DNA of 64,000 bases from an uncultured Candidatus Saccharibacteria bacterium (lineage in GTDB: Bacteria > Patescibacteriota > Saccharimonadia > Saccharimonadales > Saccharimonadaceae): positions 10,276 through 74,275 of the forward strand of contig CAMZFK010000001.1 of the NCBI GenBank assembly GCA_947306055.1, read 5' to 3'. The first letter of the stretch is position 1. Every line of letters starts with the position of its first letter. Of this stretch, positions 57,199 through 64,000 are shown in pieces. Position numbers and translations under genes: made by a program. Under the pieces are notes generated by a model. That model searched no databases and was not told where the DNA came from. It saw nothing but the letters and a program-made list of their open reading frames with translations.

Positions 57199-58788
57199 AT
57201 GAGAAAGAATCCGAATATATATATATATATATATATATTAATTATATGGCTCGGCCTCTTATCTTTTTTTATCCCATCCATTATTATTGAATACAACCTA
57301 GCCGGTACAAATTCTTTCGCAGTCAATTTCCTATTAACCCTAAACGCAATCTTTATCTGTTATTTCTGGCTCAACGGAACAAAAGATATCGTCTACGTAA
57401 TATACTACTATCTAAATTCCAAGCGACTTTCTCGATACGCAGAAAGGATTAGTAATACTAGGCTCAAAGATAAATCAAAAAAGGTTTTGCTAGTTTATTG
57501 CACTTGTGACGATTTCGAAGAATCCTCTCTTAAAAAATGCATCCGGCAGACCTACAAAAATACCGAAACCGTCATACTTGATGACTCCAATAAAGAAGAT
57601 TACAAAAATCGAGTCGACGCCTTTGCACGCAAAAACAATATTACCGTAATAAGAAGAAAAGATCGCAGAGGCTTCAAGGCTGGCAATATCAATAATTATC
57701 TAAAAAATAAGACCGACTACGACTATTTTGTAATATTAGATAGCGACGAAATTATCCCTAAAAATTTCGTTACAGAATGTCTAAAATATTTCAATTATTA
57801 CGACAACGTCGGCATCGTCCAATGTACCCACATCGCTACCAGGAATAAAAACCCTTTCATGAAAACTTTTCATATTGGGGTAAATAGCCACTGGCCAACC
57901 TACCAAATAGTTAAACACAACAACGGATTTATGTCCCTCCTTGGCCACGGAGCGATGGTTAGCCGCCAATGCTACGAAGCGGCGGGAGGAATGCCGGAAG
58001 TAGTAGCCGAAGACTTATGTTTTTCGATCGAAGCCAGAGACAAAGGTTTCTTTGCGGCTTTCGCGCCAAATATTGTCTGTGAGGAAGAATACCCAATAGA
58101 CTATGTCGCATTCAAAAAACGCCATAGTAAATGGACTCAGGGCAACTTCGAGTTTATGAAAAAATACACGAAGAAAATCCTCCGCACGAAAATGACTTGG
58201 TACGAAAAAATGGATATTTTCCTTTTTACCTACAATCTACCACTTACGGCTCTATTCTCATTGTACCTAGCCATCAATCTCATTTTATTGCCGTCACTAG
58301 GTTATGAATTGCATTACCCTTGGTGGCTGATTATCCCAACGGTGATTTTCTTCTTTGCCCCAATCGTCAATGACTTCATTACTTGGTTCACCAAGATTAG
58401 AAAGAAGGATTTTCTCCGCTATATGATCCTCACCTTTTTGCTCTACGGCTCCATGCTGTATCAAAGTATAAAAGCTTCTTTCCTTGCAGTAATTGGCAAA
58501 AAGGCAGTCTTTATCGTAACTCCAAAAACTACTTCAAAAATGACACTTGCCGAGGCTATCGAAATAAACGCAGAGGAAATCTCGTTTGCTGTCATAGTCA
58601 GCGATATCTCCATACTTTTCAAAAACAGCCTCGTGCCAGTCGCGCTCATCGTGGTTCCAGCGCTTTGTAGTGTCGGGCTAACATTGTATTCTAATGGCAG
58701 ATCATCAAAACGAAAAATCACCTCAAATCGCCATCACATGCAACATAGCGAAATAATCTTAGAAAATTCTTCAAACCAAGACAATTAA
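57199..58788 (+). CDS. Membrane processive GT2 glycosyltransferase (cellulose/glucan synthase-like)
   Basis: N-terminal TMs, ILDDS, FKAGNIN, ILDSD, AEDL, RHSKW (QxxRW position), C-terminal TMs. Confidence 0.88.
   Translation: MRKNPNIYIYIYILIIWLGLLSFFIPSIIIEYNLAGTNSFAVNFLLTLNAIFICYFWLNGTKDIVYVIYYYLNSKRLSRYAERISNTRLKDKSKKVLLVYCTCDDFEESSLKKCIRQTYKNTETVILDDSNKEDYKNRVDAFARKNNITVIRRKDRRGFKAGNINNYLKNKTDYDYFVILDSDEIIPKNFVTECLKYFNYYDNVGIVQCTHIATRNKNPFMKTFHIGVNSHWPTYQIVKHNNGFMSLLGHGAMVSRQCYEAAGGMPEVVAEDLCFSIEARDKGFFAAFAPNIVCEEEYPIDYVAFKKRHSKWTQGNFEFMKKYTKKILRTKMTWYEKMDIFLFTYNLPLTALFSLYLAINLILLPSLGYELHYPWWLIIPTVIFFFAPIVNDFITWFTKIRKKDFLRYMILTFLLYGSMLYQSIKASFLAVIGKKAVFIVTPKTTSKMTLAEAIEINAEEISFAVIVSDISILFKNSLVPVALIVVPALCSVGLTLYSNGRSSKRKITSNRHHMQHSEIILENSSNQDN
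57215..57238. repeat. (AT)12 dinucleotide microsatellite in the 5' coding region of the GT2 gene
   Basis: Directly counted; encodes NIYIYIYIL. Confidence 0.95.
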
Positions 58789-58813
58789 TTCAGATAATCA
58801 GTTTCTAAATCCG

Positions 58814-58851
58814 CACTTTTTGTGCATTTTTTGTTTCACAAAAAATGGTGG
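58814..58851. repeat. 38-bp direct repeat, copy 1 (copy 2 at 59830-59867 overlaps the tRNA-Phe 3' end)
   Basis: CACTTTTTGTGCATTTTTTGTTTCACAAAAAATGGTGG identical at both sites. Confidence 0.92.
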
Positions 58852-58950
58852 GGGCAAATTGTCCAGGCATTAACAATCTACAGAGAAGATATTCAGGAAA
58901 AATTAAATCGTGTTATAATGGAAACATAAGTATTATAGAAAGGAAACTTA

Positions 58951-59628
58951 ATGGAACAAAATGTTGATGCTGGAGCCCCAATGACGCCAGTCGTAGATAG
59001 TAAACAAAAAAGCGGAAATGGATTAAAAATCGCTACTGCGATTGCGTGCGTTGTGGCAGTTTGTGGTATTGGGTTCGGTGTTTATGGTATGATCCAAAGT
59101 TCACAAAAGGATAGCCAGATTTCCGATTTGAAAGTTCAAATCAAAGAAGATGATGGCACAATTACCACTATTGAAACTCCCGAAATTGAGACAGCAACCA
59201 ACAACGGTACGACCATAACTATAACTGGTCCGACTATGAGTAAAGAAAATACAAAAGATTACATCTATATTGGTGAGTGGGGAGTTAAAATTAAAATTCC
59301 TGAGAACTTAAAAGGAATTTCTTATATTTATGATAATCATTATCGTCTCAGTCTATGCGTTAATGGTATTGCAAATGGTGGTCAATATGCCCCAGATTTT
59401 GCAGACATTCACAAGAATGCTGGCGGCTTGGGCTGCATTGCGCAATACTTTGATAGTGAGTTAACAGAAAAACAAAAACAAACTGCAAGCTTTTCTAATG
59501 GCGAATTTTATTTAGTTTATTCTCACCCGCAAGCTGTTTATAGTATTGATAAAGGTGAGCAAAATTGGGAAGCTGATTCTGTTAATCTAATCCAGGAGAT
59601 GCTGACTAAAAACATTTCAGCATTCTGA
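58951..59628 (+). CDS. Single-pass membrane-anchored hypothetical protein
   Basis: GAAAGGA RBS; TM IATAIACVVAVCGIGFGVYG; IGEWGVKIKIP; terminator at about 59664-59690. Confidence 0.8.
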   Translation: MEQNVDAGAPMTPVVDSKQKSGNGLKIATAIACVVAVCGIGFGVYGMIQSSQKDSQISDLKVQIKEDDGTITTIETPEIETATNNGTTITITGPTMSKENTKDYIYIGEWGVKIKIPENLKGISYIYDNHYRLSLCVNGIANGGQYAPDFADIHKNAGGLGCIAQYFDSELTEKQKQTASFSNGEFYLVYSHPQAVYSIDKGEQNWEADSVNLIQEMLTKNISAF

Positions 59629-59787
59629 GTTTAGGGTATTAACAAACGATTTTATAGGGGGTAAAAATGCGTTTTCGGACGCATTTTTTGTGTAAAATTG
59701 GTACAAAATAGCACCCTAGGATCTGCAGGGTACTTAACAGACTTTTATCACTAAAAAATCGGCCATTTTGCCAATTTAAATACGTTT

Positions 59788-59808
59788 TGGTGGTTCCGGC
59801 TGGACTTG
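59788..59808 (-). repeat. 21-bp duplicate of the tRNA-Phe 3' end (att-like)
   Basis: TGGTGGTTCCGGCTGGACTTG identical to 59862-59882. Confidence 0.9.
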
Positions 59809-59861
59809 CCTGCCGTAGGCTGCCAAGTCCACTTTTTGTGCATTTTTTGTTTCACAAAAAA

Positions 59862-59937
59862 TGGTGGTTCCGGCTGGACTTGAACCAGCGACACAAGGCT
59901 CTTCAGGCCTCTGCTCTACCAACTGAGCTACAGAACC
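59862..59937 (-). tRNA. tRNA-Phe(GAA)
   Basis: GGTTCTGTAGCTCAGTTGGTAGAGC...GAGGC-CTGAAGA-GCCTT...GGTTCAAGTCC...CCA. Confidence 0.96.
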
Positions 59938-59962
59938 AACTTATATTATTATACCACACTTC

Positions 59963-60724
59963 TTATTTTTTAGTAAGGTTTTTGTGATACGCTAGGAAAT
60001 ACCCGCCCCCAACCATCACGGCCCCGCCAATAATATTTCCTATTGTCACCGGCAATAGATTGCCAAACAAAAACTCCGCTATACTCGGCGCTACTCCGCC
60101 AGCAAGTCCACCCATCATCATGCCAGCCGGGACATAATACATATCTGCCACAGAGTGCTCAAACCCGCATAATACAAAAAGCATTATCGGGAAAAACACC
60201 GCCACAGCCTTGCCAGGCACAGTATCCGCAGAGAACGCAATCCACACCGCAACACAAACCAAGAAATTACATAATATCCCTCTAAGCATCGCCTCGAGAA
60301 AACCGAGATTCACTTTAGACATAGCCGCAGCAATCACTGTATCAGACATTGAATCTAATACACCACTGTACACAGCTATCACTGTCACGATTAATGCGCC
60401 GACCAAATTTCCAGCAAACACCAACCCCCAATTTTTTAATAGCTTTAAAACCCCTATCTTCTTACTAAAGAGCGCCGTCACCATCAAATTATTACCAGTA
60501 AATAGTTCGCTCCCGGCAACGACAACCATAAAAAGCCCTGCCGGGAAAATCATAGCAGCTACAATTTTCCCGCCAAGGAATCCACCAATCGTAGAACCAA
60601 CCCCCGCAAGCGCGATAAATGCGCCTGCGAAGATACCGAGGAGCAGCATCTTCCACCAAGGAAGTTCGGCTTTTTTCTTGCCTACTTCTATAGATTTTTT
60701 CAAAATCTCATCTGGTGCCAGCAT
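59963..60724 (-). CDS. Formate/nitrite transporter (FNT) family
   Basis: GIFAGAFIALA, GSELFTGN, GILCNFLVC, GFEHSVADM, PVTIGNIIGG. Confidence 0.93.
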   Translation of the reverse strand: MLAPDEILKKSIEVGKKKAELPWWKMLLLGIFAGAFIALAGVGSTIGGFLGGKIVAAMIFPAGLFMVVVAGSELFTGNNLMVTALFSKKIGVLKLLKNWGLVFAGNLVGALIVTVIAVYSGVLDSMSDTVIAAAMSKVNLGFLEAMLRGILCNFLVCVAVWIAFSADTVPGKAVAVFFPIMLFVLCGFEHSVADMYYVPAGMMMGGLAGGVAPSIAEFLFGNLLPVTIGNIIGGAVMVGGGYFLAYHKNLTKK

Positions 60725-60742
60725 ACTGCAAGCTCTGTCTAA

Positions 60743-61141
60743 TTATTTTTTCTTGGTATTTTCTGCGATATCACGAGTATTGCGCCAGATCATGACAAGC
60801 ATCATTGCGGCTTCATAGGCCACACGAATGACAACTGGACCAAGTACGAGCGTCAAAATAAATGCAATAAAGCTAAAGCTGATTAAGCTAAATGATACGA
60901 GTATACAGAAAATCGTACTGATATAGTAAAAAATCTTCAAGATGTCTTCAATCCACATGATCTTGAAGGCCAAAAAGTCCTTTAGCCAGACTAGGAATTT
61001 ATTCTTGGAATTTTGTTTTGCTTTCACAAAAAGATAATATACTAAAATTCCACCGATAATGGCGAGAATTGCAGCAATAATCCCCCAAATACCAAAATCA
61101 ATGGTATTTACATTTGATGCTGTAAGATAAGTGTAATTCAT
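60743..61141 (-). CDS. Small integral membrane protein
   Basis: Three hydrophobic helices; DFLAFK, IRVAYE; AAGGAG RBS. Confidence 0.78.
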   Translation of the reverse strand: MNYTYLTASNVNTIDFGIWGIIAAILAIIGGILVYYLFVKAKQNSKNKFLVWLKDFLAFKIMWIEDILKIFYYISTIFCILVSFSLISFSFIAFILTLVLGPVVIRVAYEAAMMLVMIWRNTRDIAENTKKK

Positions 61142-61223
61142 TAAATTCTCCTTTCACTCTTTCTTGTTTTAATCATACCATAAAAAATTTTATTTTGTAT
61201 AAAATTCTATTATAATATTAACT

Positions 61224-62408
61224 ATGAATAGGGTCCCACTAGCGGAGCGCATGCGTCCGACTAAACTTTCCGAGGTTCTCGGCCAATCCGAGATTATTGG
61301 TGATGGCAAAATTCTAACCGAAATCGTTAAAAAGGGAGAACCAGTCAATCTTATCTTCTGGGGGCCTCCAGGAACCGGTAAAACTACTCTTGCCCGCATC
61401 TTAGCTAAAGAATTTAAGGCAGATTTTATTGAAATTTCTGCCGTTACGGCTGGCAAAAAAGATATCGAAGAAGTCGTAGCTCGCGCCCGTATTAACTGGA
61501 ATCTCGGAACTCGTACAGTCCTATTCGTAGATGAAATTCATCGTTTTAATAAAGCCCAACAAGACGCATTTTTGCCCCATGTTGAATCCGGTCTTATTAC
61601 TTTAATCGGCGCTACTACCGAAAATCCGTCGTTTGAGGTTATCTCCCCACTTCTTTCTCGTTCTCGCGTTGTTGTCGTCTCCGCCTTAGATAAAACCGCC
61701 ATCCTAGAGGTATTAAAACACGCCATTAAAGCCGAAAAAGCGACAAAGCGCATTACTAAAAAAGCGCTCGATCTGCTTGCGGAGTTATCTGGCGGCGACG
61801 CTCGCTCAGCTCTAGGTGACCTAGAATTAGCGCTTTCTTTGGCCGACAAAATTGACGAAAATGTTGTCTCTGAAGCCGCCGGTAAAAAAATGCCCGGCTA
61901 TGACAAAAAAGGTGACAAACATTACGACACAATTTCCGCATTCATTAAATCCATGCGCGGCAGCGACGTAGATGCTGCACTTTACTGGCTCGCGCGCATG
62001 GTAGAGGCTGGCGAAGATCCAAAATTCATCGCGCGCCGCATGGTAATTTTTGCTTCCGAAGATATCGGGCTTTCCGGAAACGGCGCCCTTTCCCTCGCCA
62101 CCGCTTGTTTTCAAGCTGTTGAACGTGTAGGCATGCCTGAATCTGGCCTCATCCTCGCTCACGCCGCCACCGCGCTTGCTCTTTCTAAAAAATCTCGCGC
62201 TACAACAGATGCCTGGTATACAGCTCTCGAACTTGCACGAAAAACTCCAAACGAGCCCGTCCCGATTTGCCTTCGCAATGCCCCAACCAAGCTCATGAAA
62301 GACCTCGGCTACGGCAAAGGTCAAAAATGGGAGTCCGGCTTCCATCTAGACAATTCGTACTTGCCAGACTCCCTTAAAGACAAAACTATTTTTCCGCGTT
62401 CTTCTTAG
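61224..62408 (+). CDS. rarA: Replication-associated recombination protein A (RarA/MgsA)
   Basis: PLAERMRP, GPPGTGKTT, DEIHRFNKAQQD, HYDTISAFIKSMRGSD. Confidence 0.96.
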   Translation: MNRVPLAERMRPTKLSEVLGQSEIIGDGKILTEIVKKGEPVNLIFWGPPGTGKTTLARILAKEFKADFIEISAVTAGKKDIEEVVARARINWNLGTRTVLFVDEIHRFNKAQQDAFLPHVESGLITLIGATTENPSFEVISPLLSRSRVVVVSALDKTAILEVLKHAIKAEKATKRITKKALDLLAELSGGDARSALGDLELALSLADKIDENVVSEAAGKKMPGYDKKGDKHYDTISAFIKSMRGSDVDAALYWLARMVEAGEDPKFIARRMVIFASEDIGLSGNGALSLATACFQAVERVGMPESGLILAHAATALALSKKSRATTDAWYTALELARKTPNEPVPICLRNAPTKLMKDLGYGKGQKWESGFHLDNSYLPDSLKDKTIFPRSS

Positions 62409-63309
62409 CCTTCATCTCAGCTTCAACTTTTTCGCGGATTTCTTTTTCCATCATCTCTGCACGCACGCGCTTCTCAATCTCCGCCCGCATCTTTTCTTCT
62501 TCAGATATATCAGATACATTAGGTGTTAACGTGTTAGATTCTGACATATCGGATTTCTCCGCAGTATTAGCCGTCCCCGCAGCCTGCAGATTATCAAGTT
62601 GTTTATGGACCTTTTCGAGTAATTCACGCTCAGCCAAAACATTGCCTTTCATAATTCGCTTTTTAGCGCCTCTAGAAATCACGAGAGCTATAATCGAAGA
62701 GATAACCCATATAGTGCCGGCAAATCCTGACAAAAGAGTCAATCTAGTCGCAATTTCATCATCACCAATTTTATTACTTATAATTGAGGCATAGATAGCA
62801 TAAAGTTCTACATAAGAAAGACTTACTATCGCCGTAATTTTGAGTGGCTTAATAGCACCATTTCCATCATATTCTTTAATCGCAAAAATATTTGACGCAA
62901 GGAATCCAAACATAGCTAAATAAGTAGCTATTAACAAGACAATATACAGTGGATGATAGTCTAAAGCTATTGAATTTCTATATACCGGATAAGCTTCCCA
63001 TATGCAAAAAATCCAAAAAATCGCAGCTATCAAAACTGAGCAAAGCCCAATAATAGCAAAAACCTGAATAGTAGTATTATCTTCTTCAATCCTTCTAACA
63101 AGATTGGATGCTACCGCTAATACAATAGCCACCAAAAACAGCGTTGCCATTATTTTTGTCATTACTTCACCAGTATCACTACCACCAAAAATTATTAACA
63201 ACGCCCCAGTTATAACGCCACCTACAAAAACCCACATTGCTATTTTTAATAAATTCTTGCGGAAAACTTTAATTTTTTCCAAGCTTTTGTCGTTAATTAT
63301 TTTACTCAT
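62386..63309 (-). CDS. Multi-pass membrane hypothetical protein with charged C-terminal tail
   Basis: About six TM helices; ATG 9 nt after TGATATAAT. Confidence 0.78.
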   Translation of the reverse strand: MSKIINDKSLEKIKVFRKNLLKIAMWVFVGGVITGALLIIFGGSDTGEVMTKIMATLFLVAIVLAVASNLVRRIEEDNTTIQVFAIIGLCSVLIAAIFWIFCIWEAYPVYRNSIALDYHPLYIVLLIATYLAMFGFLASNIFAIKEYDGNGAIKPLKITAIVSLSYVELYAIYASIISNKIGDDEIATRLTLLSGFAGTIWVISSIIALVISRGAKKRIMKGNVLAERELLEKVHKQLDNLQAAGTANTAEKSDMSESNTLTPNVSDISEEEKMRAEIEKRVRAEMMEKEIREKVEAEMKAKKNAEK

Positions 63310-63349
63310 AATACCCACATTATATCATGCATAATGCTTATGTCCAACC

Positions 63350-64000
63350 TTATTCAAGGAATGCTCCGGACTGTCTATCCCAAAGTCTGGCGTATTCCCC
63401 GCCTTTTTTGAGAAGTTCCTTGTGTGAACCTTGTTCTACGATTTTACCATCGCGAAGCACCACAATTCGATCAAGCCCCGCAATCGTAGATAAACGATGC
63501 GCCACTACAATCGATGTCCGCCCTTCCATCAAATTCGCAAGTGCCGCTTGAATCGCCGCTTCCGATTCCGAATCCAGTGCCGAAGTCGCCTCGTCTAGCA
63601 CCAAAATCGGCGCATCTTTCAAAATCGCCCGTGCAATCGCAATTCTCTGCCTCTGCCCGCCCGAAAGTTTTACACCCCTTTCGCCCACAAGCGTATCATA
63701 CTCATCCGGAAGTCCCGCAATAAACTCATCCGCATTTGCAAGTCGCGCCGCTTCATAAACTTCCTCGTCCGTCGCACCTGGCCGTCCATACGCGATGTTA
63801 TCAAAAATCGACCGATGAAATAGCGACGACTCCTGCGGCACATACGCAATCGCCTCGCGCAGTGAATTTTGCGTCACTTTACTTACATCTTGCCCATCAA
63901 TATAAATCCCACCCGCATCCACATCGGCAAACCTAAGTAGTAGCTTCGTTAGCGTAGTTTTACCAGACCCACTCACACCAACCAAGCCAATTCTTTCACC
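63350..64000 (-). CDS. ABC exporter ATP-binding domain (5' end outside the window)
   Basis: [43 protein letters not shown]. Confidence 0.92.
   Translation of the reverse strand, partial: GERIGLVGVSGSGKTTLTKLLLRFADVDAGGIYIDGQDVSKVTQNSLREAIAYVPQESSLFHRSIFDNIAYGRPGATDEEVYEAARLANADEFIAGLPDEYDTLVGERGVKLSGGQRQRIAIARAILKDAPILVLDEATSALDSESEAAIQAALANLMEGRTSIVVAHRLSTIAGLDRIVVLRDGKIVEQGSHKELLKKGGEYARLWDRQSGAFLE

Overview
A gene-dense chromosomal segment, mostly on the minus strand, from a reduced-genome bacterium. It is most likely Candidatus Saccharibacteria (TM7, Patescibacteria/CPR). This assignment is inferred from the absence of rpmD, the divergent RNA polymerase, a class F sortase and pervasive leaderless genes; TGA is used as a stop, so the genetic code is 11. 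Housekeeping content: ftsE, pheST, metG, serS, hisS, ldh, sbcB, a rearranged S10/spc ribosomal-protein cluster, secY, rpoBC, prfB, dus, a SufC/SufB-type pair, murD-murL, secA, hpf, rsmA, rarA and three tRNAs (Val-GAC, Lys-TTT, Phe-GAA). Most notable observations: (1) an RNA polymerase with a heavily rewritten active centre (NADYDGD, trigger loop QLTLDTKH, altered bridge helix and beta motifs) and no Cys ligands at either beta-prime zinc site; (2) an unannotated locus with type I toxin-antitoxin architecture (30-aa cationic peptide, structured leader, convergent antisense sRNA); (3) a GC-rich palindromic element inserted in frame in rsmA; (4) an (AT)12 tract at the start of a membrane GT2 gene, a candidate phase-variation switch; (5) uL29 missing from its operon position and the spc operon split by a sortase-type surface protein; (6) a 6S-like sRNA candidate; (7) direct repeats at tRNA-Phe. 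No CRISPR array, integrase or transposase was seen. All family assignments are by motif recognition, not database search.
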